From: Tubiluchus corallicola
Taxonomy: Eukaryota > Animalia > Priapulida
Assembly: GCA_030141605.1 (NCBI GenBank)
Contig: JAQGDQ010000234.1
Location: 62,001 to 126,000, forward strand
DNA length: 64,000 bases
Direction of reading: 5' to 3'
The position numbers were made by a program, and so were the translations under genes. Below are positions 48,701 through 62,000 of the stretch, piece after piece (position 1 is the stretch's first letter; every line of letters begins with the position of its first letter). The notes below the pieces were generated by a model, which worked only from the letters and a program-made list of their open reading frames with translations, searched no databases and was not told where the DNA came from.

Positions 48701-51700
48701 CATAAAAACTATAGAGCATTCTTTTCTACACAAGTATTGTATTGAAATCACTCTAACTTTCCAAATTTGGCAGCTGTTCAAATGTGTTAAAGTATTATGA
48801 AACTTGTGCAGGAACGTAACCACTTGCTACATGTGAGTGCCCTGCGCTAGCTATTGGATCAGTAGCTGTACAGCAATTTAGAGTGTGTGTGAATCAATAA
48901 CTGTTTTATGAATTTGCTTAATTGCAACAGATTTTTCACAGGTTGAAAGTTGATAGCTTATATACAGTTTTATTAACAAGTAAAATGTACAGAAATTACC
49001 GCTAGTTACTATACACAACATGTAACTGAATGCTATCCAAGTGATATATCCAGATGTGAAATTGTTAAAAATTTCAAAAAAAGAACAGAAAAATACTGTT
49101 AATATTTTATCACTCTTTGTACATTGTACATTAAAAAGCACAATAACATTGAGAGTGTGTTCAGAGTACTGCTTCCTGTCAGTGCTTGCTGTTGTTGCAT
49201 TCTGTGAACACACACCCAGATGACAACAGATATTACCTTGGCATGCTAATAAGTGCAGGGCAGATCAACATTCGATGCTATGCTGAAATGCTGTACAAGC
49301 ACAAAGCAAAACTTTTATCCATTAGTTTGCAAAAAACTTCTTCAAAGACTGAAAACGAAATACACAACAGAAATTTTTTGTTCATATGTAATTTACTTGT
49401 ATGTTGGTCATTTTGTTTCCAAATTTCATTGAATTTAGAGAGTGGGAAGTCTAGTTAATAAGGCGTTGATTTTACCTGTCACAGATGACGGTTAAATGTA
49501 TCTGCCCATCGGGAAAGAGTTAAGTTACAAACTGTTGAATCCAAAGTTAAGATACTTTAAGTGTAGAATGAATAAACGTAAAAGTAACTCAATAAAACAT
49601 AGCTCTATAATAAACTTCTACAAAGTACTGTTTCAAAATTAATATATGCGAGGGATGACGCATGTGACATTCTTTATAATTACCAATATGCTTCCAAATG
49701 AGTTCTAAAACAAACCTGTGACTTTAGCATCAACAAACATGCTGCCTTTCTCTTTTCATCTCCAATTTTTGCATCGTAAGTGTCTTCATATTCTTCAACA
49801 AACCAAGATCTTTCTTCTGAACGCTAAAATATAATCACGCAATCGTTTATATACAAACACCAATAAATGCATACATAAAACTAAATCTTTAATAAAAATT
49901 AGGCCTCATTGTGTATGATAAATGAGACTAATAAAGTAGCCGCCGAATTAACATATCATACCAACACATTTGAATTAGGCGACAATGGGTTAAGACAAAG
50001 GAGAAAAAATAGCAAAAAAATTAATGAAGCATCCCCTGAAAATCCTGAGAAATACTTCCACTGAAATGTTGGCTAAAAACAAAATTAGAGGCGGCTTACA
50101 TTATCAGAGATTTTATAACAGACTGTTAAAGTTTGCATTACATGATGTTGAGAAGTAGTTCATTCAAACACTATTAAATGAAAGTCAAACATAGAATACA
50201 GAACTTTCTAACAAGAACAGAACTAAGACCCCACTCAGACAAGCAATTTTCACTTGTGCAATTAAAAGTTGCAAAATCTGCAAATAACAAGAGTCTATAC
50301 GAGCGCGCAGAGATATGCAACTAAAAATTATAGTGTTTTGTAATGTACTATTTTCAGTGACAGCACACAGACACAAAAATTTTTAATTGTGTAACTATTA
50401 GCCAAACACAGCAGTTAAGAGAAAGAAGAAGGCAATGTCTTATGAAAATTCAACATTAAATAAAAAAGGTAAAATAAAAGCAAATTAGTGTAGACAAATC
50501 AATCTTACAGTCTGTGCTGCCATCTTTGAAGAGATATAGAGGCAAATATGGAAATTGGATACCAAAACAATTATAAAATTTGGAAAGAGAATAATGCATG
50601 CAAACATGTAATAACACAAGCAATTAACACAAACACATAATAACACAAGCAATTAACACATTTCTGTTGCCCAATGCTGATTCTGTTCCTACTACTGTAG
50701 CTTTTCACAGTGGCAGACACCAATTACAATTATACTTCTGCTAAGTTACTCATGCTTCTGTTAACCAGCGTCCTGTGTGTTAATTGCACTTGCCTTAGAA
50801 AGAAAGTTCATGCTTTCCTCAGGAAATATACGAACTGGTAAACTGTATAAAATTTGCACGGCTAGATACTGAACTGCTTCAAACAAACTGATATCGTTAA
50901 ATGACATTTGCATTTGGATTTCAAGGTTCTTACTTGTATAAGTGCTTCCTTTCATTTAAAATTTATGCAGTTTTTGTTTTTCATGTAATGTATATATGTC
51001 AGTGTATTACAGGTGCTACAGGGATGATTTTTAACTTTGCCATAGGTAAATGATTATATTGTAAAACATGCCCGCATCAGCTTAGATAGAGCAGCAAGAG
51101 AAGCCCAAAAATAAAAGTCATTTCTCTGGTATAATATTTTTTCTCCGTTTTAGGTCGGGATCAGTGATATGCAGCCCACTAATTTGCAAAAGTTTAGCAA
51201 AACTATCTGGACCCATGCGATAATAACTGAAGCGTTTATGCCATGACGAACCTGCAAGTCTGCAGGCAGCTTAAAAAAATTGTTCTATCATTAACCGTTG
51301 GCTATTATTGGGCAATATTTCTGGCACCAATTTCATTTTTTGCATATTAGCAATGCACAAATCCAAATTTCAAAGTGCCAGTGCACAATTAAAAACTGCA
51401 CAATTTTTGCACATGAGGCCAATTTTCAGTTGTGCCTGTCTGCATGGGGCCTAAATAATGTTTTTACATTTTGCATCCATACCATAGCTAATATCATAAA
51501 CAACAAATTAAAGAAAAAATGAAAAAACTGCTTCAAAAGCCTTTATGCACCTTTGATGATATATTATTAATGTACCATATAATGTATAAATGTGTACCGT
51601 ATACCGTATAACAATAAATTGACAGTATAATGTATAAAGGCTATTGAAGCAGCATTTTTTTTAATTTGTTCCGTAAGAACTAAATGAGATCAGATGTACA

Positions 51701-53595
51701 CAGCATTGAACATACACTTAAATGGTCATATTCTACAGCAATTGTGCCACAGTAGATAGATTCCAGCCGCTGCACTAGTTCCTGAATTGTTGCTGTTTTT
51801 GCACCAATGTCTACAATTCCAGTCAGATCATATTTCTTTTCATCATTTAATGACAAACCATACAGTGCAGGGTTCAGCTCAGGGATCAAGCTGGAAAATA
51901 CATCATCATAAATTTAATCTAGATATTAGCTGTCACAGACTTTTAACTGCACTAGCATTGACCTAAACTCAAAACGAAAATCATACCCATATTTTCACAT
52001 TTAGTTGTTATTCATACTTTGCAAAATTTTCAAGTAATGACAGCAAATAAAGGAAAAGGCTTAGGAGCACAAGGCAAATTGTAAGCCAAAGATTTACCTT
52101 TCAAGTGGCTTCCTGACTTAAGCACCCATTAAATTTGTTCAGTACGTTAATGATAGTTAAAAAAACTTCGTCACAGTCATAATAATAATAATTTCTAGAA
52201 CTACTCCAACAAAGCATGGTAATAGAAAGTCCAAACATTCAAGGTGCAAAATAATCATGTGTGAATTAAATAAACCATCTACAGGTGACAAGTACAATGA
52301 TTAAAGTGACAAACGATTTTGTTAAAAGAAACCCTATGAATTGCTTCGTTACAAGGAAATTATTTAACAAAGCACTTAGGTCATAACTAAGAGTTAAAAT
52401 TACGCTGGTGACGGTGATCAATAATGTGGCTAACAATCTTTCAAGCATTATATAAAAAATGTACTCTATGCATTCTAAAGTCCCCTAAGGTGACTACTAT
52501 ATCTAATTAGAATCTAGAATTTTTTTCTGCCTGGCTGGCCTTAAGACAGGAAGTTGATACTGAAAAGCACAACAGGTTAAATAAACTATACTCCTCAGAA
52601 GAATGGAGATTTTTATAAGCCAACCAAGAGATCAAACAACTTCTGTCATTAGTAAAACGATCCACTTCACAGCCCTAGCCCTTTAAGTGCAAAATGTGGC
52701 CATTAAAGTAAGATAAAATAAAATTTAGAGAGTACAAAAAGGCAAAGTTGCAGCAACTAACTAACTAACAAAAACAAATGCTATACATTTTGCGCAATGG
52801 GTAAGCTGCAGGTAACACATACCTAATCTCCCGTAATTCCAATGGATCTAATGTTGCTTTTTTGTGCCCATGTTTTCTGTAGCTTTGCACTAACTGGTAT
52901 ACACTGGCATTTGCTATTCTGTTTTGCACTGCTACTTCATTTTCTAGAAAATAATAAAAAATGATTAACTGCATACAATTAACATGATTTCATTAGTCTC
53001 AGATCATGATGGTGTTATTCTGTTTTTTAAGGTAATAAAAACTTATGAATGCAAGTTCAAGTTTTGCGACTTGTTTCTTAACATGACCACCAGTTGCTGC
53101 TGTTGGACATTGGTATCATTGTTATAAATGTATATTTTCAGCTACGCTACACAAATTTTTAAAAAATATGAGATTTCCGTTTTTGTTGCTCAATCAAATG
53201 AAATATTAATATGGAAGACAGTAAATTACATTTATTGTTGCCCAAAAAGCATTGAAAAGCAATTCAGCAACACAGCAGCACACAAACAAAACTTTTGATA
53301 TGGTACAGGGATTAGCAAATTTGACCAATTTGCACTGGTACATACATTCATATACAAATTCATGTATAATTTCTTACAATTTCACCATTCTCAGCAATGC
53401 ATACACAAAAGAAAGCTTCTTAACCTGATAAACCTCTCACTGCAAGTTGTTTGATAGGCTAAGCATATGGAGGGGGAAGCAGGATGTGAAAAACTTTCTA
53501 CTTGAGTTCAGTATGTAATAAAAGTTATATACTTAAGATACCCAGTACAGGGAACAAGACTGAATCGGGCGACATGCTACATCATGTATCATGAC

Positions 53596-53636
<41 letters not shown>

Positions 53637-54561
53637 GGAGGCCTCCTATTATTTCTCCACCTCAAGGTAATTTAATGTAGTTAATATAAATTATGCATTT
53701 GTACGATATTGGCATTCGCACATAAACTTAACATTTCAAATTAGAGAACAAACTACGTTGCATAATTACAAACATGATTATAATGTAGGCCAAATTGTGC
53801 ACAGTAAACAAAGTTTGAGCAAACAACTTGTTTTTCATTGAAAAGCTCTATATTAAAGTAAAAACGAAAATCTTAGATATACTTGTTTATATTATTATGC
53901 CAAGCTACATAAGGTAAGATAACATTAACAAAGTTGAAATAACATAACATAACAAAGTTTAACATAAAAAAATCTTTATGAATTATCTTAATGCTCATTA
54001 CAAACATTATAGTGTATAAGTCAGTTTAAATATGTTGCAAAAAAGGACAAGAAAGGCTATGGTCATCTACTCAAATATCACACAATTAGTAATGATCATT
54101 AGCGACTGCCAATTTATTGTGGCTCCTCTATATCTTATCCAAGATGAGCACTATAATTTTTCAACATGCACCAGGCAACATGGGCAATTGCTTTTATTAT
54201 TGAACGTTGCTAGATGTTTCTAACCAAATTCTGCATACTCTTCCCATCTGTTTTACTTTATAGCATTTTCCTCATACAACCCTGAAGCCTCTATATTTGC
54301 TCTTATTTCCATTACATCTTGAAAACTCTAAAACCGTGACGTAAGGATAATATGGACAGGTAATATATAGTATTTATATATATAATATTTTGCCTATAAC
54401 TTTGGCACTGAACTAAATAAATAAAAACGGGAATCTAAATAAAGACCTGTAGCCAAATAGTCTGTGAGCTTTCGGGGTTTATAGCCATAGTACCCAGCTT
54501 TTGAATGAAATTTCTTTGTTGTATTGAAAAAATTACACAAAACTCTTATTTTTGCCAACAT
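32472..54561 (-). CDS. DHTKD1: 2-oxoadipate dehydrogenase E1 component, mitochondrial; exons 54561-54447, 52943-52823, 51890-51716, 49823-49716, 48259-48148, 48054-47957, 47634-47571, 47087-47014, 44408-44265, 43787-43672, 43277-43202, 42575-42384, 42181-42080, 41692-41561, 40780-40660, 38370-38231, 37686-37530, 37076-36874, 35123-34875, 33948-33885, 32940-32855, 32573-32472 (~916 aa)
   Basis: [10 protein letters not shown]-terminus, [36 protein letters not shown] (ThDP motif), [64 protein letters not shown] and GYDGAG favour DHTKD1 over OGDH. All 21 junctions in phase. Confidence 0.96.
33105..33868. mobile_element. Degenerate MITE copy, same family as 61460-62013
   Basis: Starts GTAGGTGCCACTTAATAGAC...TTTTGACCCAATTA...GTGTAGTATTACTGG and ends GTCAATTA...TCTATTAA...TGGCACCCACCG; contains a (TA)n tract at ~33750-33782. 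Confidence 0.7.
37687..38230 (-). other. GC-AG intron in DHTKD1
   Basis: GAG|GCAAGA donor is required to join KKFLE to [12 protein letters not shown] in phase 0. Confidence 0.82.
40287..40565 (+). mobile_element. tRNA-derived SINE, possibly with a Deu/Nin-type central domain
   Basis: A-box TGGCCAAGTGG and B-box GGTTTGAATACC, then body ACTCAGCC...AAGTACCCGG...AAAGGTGGCTG resembling, from memory, Nin/Deu SINE cores. Confidence 0.6.
45091..46870. mobile_element. Non-autonomous TTAA-type DNA transposon (Kolobok/T2-MITE-like), ~1.8 kb
   Basis: TTAA-AGGTCCTATAACAC ... GTGTCAGTGGACCT-TTCA: imperfect TIR with TTAA/TTCA flanks. Subterminal inverted ACGTTAGGA motif at ~45257 and ~46670. Confidence 0.6.
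53597..53640. repeat. (TA)n(GA)n compound microsatellite
   Basis: TATATA...GAGAGA run in DHTKD1 intron 1. Confidence 0.9.
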
Positions 54562-54860
54562 CGCAGTGGTACAATGCTAAAACCTTCCTGAAAGTTGGAC
54601 CTGCGGCTGTGGTGACTGCGTCAATGTGGGACGTCTACATTTCAACCCCGAGCTAAATGAATGAGTACAGTCTGCTGCAAAGATTTCTTGTAATTTCTCC
54701 TAAATTCCTTTCCATACTTTGCCCCCTACGTTGTTATTCTGCAAAAACCGTGGATCCGTATCAATCAAGGATTGTTTGATGATTCATAATTATAATGTAT
54801 ATGTGCACAATAAGTAGGTTTGCACAGCAATAAGGATATAGCGATCCGTAGTACGCAAAG
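54562..54860. promoter_or_regulatory. Putative bidirectional promoter for DHTKD1 (-) and TTC8 (+)
   Basis: CpG-richer patch directly upstream of the DHTKD1 ATG. TTC8 has an acceptor (GTTGTAG, ~55982) before its ATG, so its TSS lies further upstream, plausibly here. Confidence 0.4.
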
Positions 54861-55009
54861 TCATTTCGTGATTTTTCCCAAACAATCGTCATAATTTTTT
54901 ATATTAATTATGATACAAAATTTTTCGTGTTCCCAGTCCTAAATATCGCATTAATTATATTAGTTACTGTAATAAATTTATTGTCACCATTCGACACGGC
55001 TGCATACAA

Positions 55010-55310
55010 GCGACTAATAGTTAAACCGTATTACTCCGGCAACACAATAGGAGATTTAGTACATTTACAACAAGACTTATTTCATCTTGAAGCCTGGTTT
55101 GATAAATGTTCATTACAGTTTAATGCAGTGTTGCAGCTTAAAGTTCAAGTTTCATTACATTACTATTCGTTTTGGGAATGAATTAGCACATGTATCAGAA
55201 CATAAAGACCTTGTGTAATTGTATCTAATGATTATATCTACTGCACATATCACAAATATATACAGGAAGGCAAGTCGGATGATTGCATTGATTAAAAAAC
55301 GTTTTATTAA
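55010..55310 (+). mobile_element. CR1-clade LINE reverse-transcriptase fragment
   Basis: DLVHLQQDLFHLEAWFDKCSLQFN...LAHVSEHKDL.VIVSND...HITNIYRKASRMIALIKKRF, with frameshifts. Confidence 0.75.
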
Positions 55311-55384
55311 CTAAGTTTAAAGCATGACTATCATGAAGCCCTCAATGTGTCATCAATTCTTTTTTCTGCTATTGCAACATTAAA

Positions 55385-55760
55385 TTATAAGGCGTGACTG
55401 ACTAGATGACCTACGGTCTTTCCTCGCCCCATTTCCGGGATAAAGTTATTTTTTTGTAAAATGGAAATTTGTGACACATTTGGAGAAAATAAATGTCTAT
55501 GTCAATCTCTCCTTAAAAAGATTTAAATTTAGTACACTAACCACCTTTTCTAGCAAACTGTTCCACTTATTTACCTCACGGTGTGAAAAATGAATTATTA
55601 CAATTAGTTCTTGCACAAGGTTTAAACAGTTTTTTAGAATAGTTGCGAGTGGAATGTAGAGGTGCAGCCCTAAATAGCTAACACGATTGTCTCCATTTAC
55701 ATACTTAAATACCTCATACAGGCCAGCTGTTTATCTTCTTTGTTGGAGTGTACATATTTC
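55385..55760 (-). mobile_element. CR1-clade LINE 3' end fragment, opposite orientation
   Basis: Minus strand reads TLQQRR*TAGLYEVFKY...TRNYSKKLFKPCARTNCNNSFF...VNKWNSLLEKVVSVLNLNLF, the CR1 ORF2 tail. Confidence 0.72.
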
Positions 55761-56017
55761 AGGATGCAGAATCAGCCCAAACCTAGCTAAAATGACAGAT
55801 TTCTCTTTCGTTGCCAAAAATTATCAAAAATTTAGTTGATATGTAACAATCGCCGTGTTTTACCAATTACTAAATTAACCTAGTAACTGATATGTAACAT
55901 TGTCCGTAAAAAAATAATAACCTACTGAGATGTCGGGAAACATAATAATAATTAGTGAACTTCTATTAGTTTGTAGTTGTAGATCCTGGCATTTAGCCTG
56001 AAGACCTAAGGCTTGAA

Positions 56018-59000
56018 ATGGATCCTTTATTCTTGGCGTACAGCAAGTTTCGAAGAAGAAAGTTTGAGGAATGTGCAGCAATTGCTTCATCGATATTAGA
56101 AAAGAATCCATATGACCAGGTGATTCAGGATCTGTATTCCTTTAAGTATTTTTTATTGTCTCTGTAAAAACACCGAAAGCTTAAACACTTAAGCAAAATG
56201 AAGTTAGGGCTACAATGGAAGTAGATTGATAATAATCAACTTGTATCTTAGCAGAACAACAGAATAACAGAGACCTTAGCAGGTTGATTAGGCATTCTTT
56301 TACCTAATTCTGTATTCTACATTTGTGCCTAGGCTGCATGGACTCTTAAGATGCGTTCCTTGACTGAACAAGTTTATGTAGATGAAGTAGAAAATGATGA
56401 AGAAGGTATTGCAGAAATGATGTTGGATGACAATGTGATTGCCAGTGTTAGTCGTCCTGGAACATCATTGAAAACACCTGGTCCCAGTCAGGGTCAAGCT
56501 AGCCAAGCTGTGCGGTCAGTCAGTACATAATAATTGTTTAATATATAATTACTCAGTAAAATTTGGTTTTATAAACACTTTGTTTGCACTTTTCGAATTT
56601 CTGATATTTGCACCTAATTAATCAAGTTAAGTGATTCTTCTGAGTGTTATTACTGGTATAGTTTAGTGTATTATTTACAGTAAATTATGTATGAATTGTA
56701 ATTTTCAGCTAATTTACTACATACATTTTGTTTGTAATGATCTGCTAATATTTGCTTGTTTAGTAAAAGGAATTACCATTTGTCCTTAGGCCAGTTTCCC
56801 AATCTGGACGTCCTGTAAGTGGCATTGCACGACCAGGCACTGCTGGAGGTAGACCCGGTACTATGGAGCAAGCTCTTAGAACACCACGCACTGCGCACAC
56901 TGCTCGCCCTGTCACAAGCTCTACTGGCCGGTTTGTGAGATTAGGCACTGTACGTATTTCCAAGTGTAGCACTGTATTAGAGCTGCTTTGCAAAATTTTA
57001 TTCAAACAGAATATAAAAATTTAATTTTAACACGTGTGATTTCATAAGTAGATAGATGTCTGCATGCGATTCATATACTGACAGTTTGAAATCTGAAGAG
57101 TAATACGTGTGAATGTATAAATGTTTTTGGGAGTATATATGGCACAGTGGCTTAGATATTCATGGCCAGATGTGTATGGTTGTTTGTATGATCAATGCAA
57201 TGCATCTTCTGTGCACTGTTTAGTCGATCTCAAAAAGAGCTGCAAGTGGACTACACCTTTTTTATTTCTCTCTGGGGACCATGCCATTCTTGTTAGTTGA
57301 GTCTAATGCACTAGCAGATCTTCAATTTCTTGCTCAGAAGTTAATACTCACTTATTGAAAACAAAAAGTAGCAGCTTTTCGGGAGTAATAAGTGGTTTAC
57401 TCAATGCAAACTCCTGTGTGTCAATTGTCGATATGAACCTAGACCTTACTAGCAGCAATTTAATGTTTAATGTAAATACTTAGCAGTAATTATGCCCTGT
57501 GGACGATTTCAAATTTATCAGTCCTAGTCGTATGTTCACATTAAATTAGTTTTTGGATATTTGTGTTTGTAGGCTTCAATGCTAACTAATCCTGATGGAC
57601 CATTTATTCACCTCGGCCGACTAAATTTTAATAAGTACGCTTCAAGACAAAATGTTGCTAAAGCTTTGTTTGAATACATATTTCATCATGAAAACGATGT
57701 TAAAAAGGTAAAATGTGAAATGTTTTTATGCATACTTTTATTTTTATCATTAATACATAAATTTACTATAAATTATGCTCCTTTGATTGCACTTAAAGCG
57801 TGTCAGAGTTCTCATTATATTTTAACTTGTTTTATTCTAAGTTTTATTTTTTTAGTGTTACGATGTTCATGTGCAAATTGAATTGTGTTTGTGTTAAATG
57901 ATCTAAGTGTTGAGAAAATCTTAATTAACGATAAAGTACAGTCCAGCTGACTTAAAGATCTTAATTTTGCAGCCCGTGGAACGATAATAAATGGATACAA
58001 AACGGATCTTAACTAAAGCTGCACAAATTATTTATAATATCATAATTTGTAATTAGGAACCTGAAGATGCAGTGTAGTTTAAAGAATAATGCACTGGGTT
58101 TCAGTCTGCACTCAGCAGTACAAGTAACATATTGACACTGTACTTTGGTGTACTTAAAAGCAGGATTAAAGTATTAAATTAATTTCAGGCACTGGATTTG
58201 GCAGCGCTTGCAACCCAGGCTTGTCAGTTCAAGGACTGGTGGTGGAAAGTGCAACTTGGAAAATGCTACTATAGGTAAGATGGTGATTAGTTTCAATACA
58301 GATTACTCCACCATCCTATGCTGTTATTTTATGATTTGCGCAGTGTTAATGTCTTCATACCTATCTTAATGTCAATAATAAGATATTGCAAAAAGTGCTA
58401 TGCTCGAAAATGCTAAGCTCAAGCTCCTTTGCTATATGGTATAAACAGTACCTGTTGTGCACAAACGTGTGCCAAAATGGTTGACAGGTCAGCACAGGGA
58501 TTTATAAATACTTGGAATTGGACAAGTCAACACCTAGACCTTATAAACAAGAGGTGGTAGAAGTGATATAAACAATATAAGTTGTTACAAAAAGCTAAAA
58601 TATGACATATGACGAAATAAACATTGTCACATCACATCTTACATAGGCAATTGTCAAACAGACATTTATCATGTTAATGAATAAAGGAAAACCAGGTGAA
58701 GTTAATGAGTTAACTAGTTAAGTGAAGCACCTAATTGTTATCGGTTTACACAACAAATTTTAAGCCTATGAAAATACAATAACCACATTAAAGGATTTGC
58801 TTTGCACTCATTCCAGTATGTCAGTGTAAGGGAGTTTTTGCTCTTTACTGTGGTAAACTGTGGGATGTTGAATTTTGCAGTTAGTATTCATGACAGCTAA
58901 GAAACTTTCTGCCGAAAGCCTCAGCTACATGATATGGTGGCTTGATGTTTTCTATGTGAAGCTTCCAATTATGATCCATGACATTTTTTTCTAGACTGGG

Positions 59001-62000
59001 TTTGTATCGTGATGCTGAGAAACAATTGCAGTCTGCATTAAAACAACAGGAAATGCTTGACACATTCTTGTATCTCGCCAAGGTAAAAAGTTTTACATCT
59101 GTAATTCAAGTGCCAGTTTTAATTTTTGAATAAGATTTTGCAGATCATCTTATGATAATCAGAAAATGCGGTTAATGGCAGAATTGTAACCAAAAAAAAA
59201 TGTGCCGATATAAAACAGTGCTTCTGCCTGTCCCATCATCATACATGGAAAGCGAAAAACATCACTTTTCAACTATTTCTTGCAATTTCTGCAAATGTTA
59301 GATAAGCTTGAGATGTGAAAACAGGACTGTGACTTGATGTAGTTAGTATCTTTCAAAATTCTGTCCAGTGAACTGTGTTAGAAGAGCAAATAGTTTTATG
59401 GGCTTTCAACTTCTTGCACAAATTTTAAAGTAACTTTGAAAGGACCATGCTAAAGTTTTACGAAAAATTTGTTAAGTGAATATTCTTTGAAGCATATAGA
59501 ATGGATAGCATCGTGTGCTTTGTATTTTATTTTTGTAAATTCACAATGGGGAAGCATAGTTGTAATGTAGTGATTATTCTTTCAGTGTCATATTTTGTTT
59601 AAGACCGCTCTTGAGTATTTTCTGTTACTTGTATGTCTTGTTAGCATGTAATATGATTCAAATACGGGCTGATAAGATAAACAGAAACTTAGCAATGCTA
59701 CTTGTGCGCATATGGCTGTCAGACACCCTTAAAGTAGATGTATAACGTCAGAGAACAAAGAGAAGAATTCAGTATAAGAAATTACTTGATTGCAGTAACG
59801 TGCAACTTAAATGAAGCAGTGCAAGAAGAATTTGCTAGTAGTTCAGATATGTTATGTGAGAATAAGTTTCATGAATTGTTGTAATATAGAGCATAAGTGC
59901 AATAGAAAATGTGTGTTGTTCTTTGTCATCATCATATGCATTTATACACTGTAGTTAGCAAAGCAACTGAATACATAAATGCAGTAGTATAGATTACACT
60001 GTTTTGATGCTTTTTGTTAACTAAGTTTTCTTCCTTTTTGGAAATGTGTTTATTTTTAATATACTGATGAAATAATATAAAAGAAGTAACCAAAACTTTC
60101 AATCTGTTAGGTTTACATTAGACTGGACCAACCACTGACTGCAATAGAAGCATACAAAAAAGGCTTAGAAAGCTTTCCAGGGAATCCACATCTTAATACT
60201 GGTATTGCGCGCATGTATGAAGTAAGTAATGTGAACCAATTATTGTATACATAAAGTAATTTTTTCATAGAATTTGTATCTATGGTTTTGCCCTCTGCCC
60301 TGATTCCCATAAAACTGTGTACTAGATTTTTCTATTGCCTAACAATTGCTACAGATATATTTTGTTAGATAAATAGAGAGGAGGTTTATTCTACATAATA
60401 ATTACATTAAAACATCAATTATTTACTAAGGTGTCAGGGAGATTGCTGCTAAAACCATAATTTCTTATCATATCAGTCACTTGACCTGGTTAAAAATTTT
60501 ATCAAAGTTTTAGAGGCAGTGATAACAGACTAAAGGAAAATGTAACTTATAAATATGCTAAGCTGTAATTATCTATGCAAAAGTTGTAATTGAAGTGCTC
60601 AATCTTTAACCTTGCATGATGAGTAGCCTTGTATCTAGACACTAATCATAGGAAGGGCTGAGATGGTTAGATCAAGTGGGATAATCCACTGGTTTTGAGT
60701 TCAAGTCCTGATACGGTGTTTTCACAACTTTTCAGCATCAAATTTTGCCACAGGTTTGCCATAACGCTAATTGTTCTTCAGTATACACCATATAGTTTAT
60801 TAATTAATGTTCATCAAACATTCATTTCTATAAAATATAAGAAATGTATATATTACATTTACACTTGTTTTCCAGGGTCTAAATGATCTTGCAAATGCAG
60901 TTAAGTATTATAAGGATGTGCTGCAATATGATAACACAAATGTTGAGGCAATTGCGTGTTTGGCTACAAATCACTTTTACACAGATCAACCTGAAATAGC
61001 ATTGAAGTACTATAGGTAACCATAAGAATTTTAATATGCAAAATATGTTTCTATTCATTCAACATGTGAAAATGTGTATGATATTGAATTGTATAAATCA
61101 CACTCTGCACACTAGCAAAAAATTCTGGAAGGAGATGGCCGCCTAATCTATAAACACTGAACGGCAACTTGCAAGGAAATGAAATGCAATGAAATTTACA
61201 ACAGCTATAAATTATTAATTTAGCATTTTGTTAAAAAGTCTTATGTTGTTGGCTTTAACAATTCTGTGTGGCAAGAAATTTAAATTTCAACCTATCAACA
61301 TAATACATAGTAATACACTTTGCTATTGGTCCTCAAACCAGAAAATGTCCATACGCTGTCCCAAACATTGCATACCATATATAGTAACAAAAACTAAACT
61401 TGACAAGCTCTCTTTTATATCTGAAAATTATAATGTAGATTTTTATTGAAAATGCATTACAGTAGGTGCCACTTAATAGACCGAAGTGTTTTGACCCAAT
61501 TAACCGACTGAACCTATTAACTGATGAGTGTAGTATTACTGGCATAGAAGTATGAGTCACCACTTTTAATGAATTTTAGAAACGAAGTAATGCCACATTC
61601 TTTTGTGCAGTTAAAAATTAAAAAAACATTTTAAAAAATATTAATTTATATAAGTGAATTAGCAATAAATTAAAAAGTATACTTTTCTAAATCACACAAG
61701 TCTGTTTATTTGCAGAAATTACAAAAATTCTTTCAAAGTCGGCTGCTTCATTTCATCACGAAGAACTTGGCTCACAGAATTCTCATAATGATAAAAACAT
61801 TGAAAATTTGTTCTCATAACATACTTAGTGCTTGGCATGTTTAAACTGTTGGTGGTGTTTCCCCGCAAGTTACTTCGTCTGTAGTTTCGCCTAAGCTCCC
61901 GCTTGCTATCGTTGTGACATACTTACTGTACTGTATGCGGCCAGTACCAGGGGTTTTAAGTCAATTAAGGGATTGAATCTATTAACTGTGAGTCTATTAA

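Noticed and set aside
50609-50660. Short direct repeats (also 1579-1654) as CRISPR-like arrays
   Set aside because: Only two copies each, in eukaryotic introns; ordinary local duplications.
32472-54561. Assignment as OGDH
   Set aside because: Diagnostic motifs (RYGGEG, WGHNE, GYDGAGP, YGYKPR N-terminus) and length fit DHTKD1.
56760-57005. Minus-strand 81-aa ORF and similar antisense ORFs over exons
   Set aside because: Shadow frames of real TTC8, BRF1 and DHTKD1 exons.
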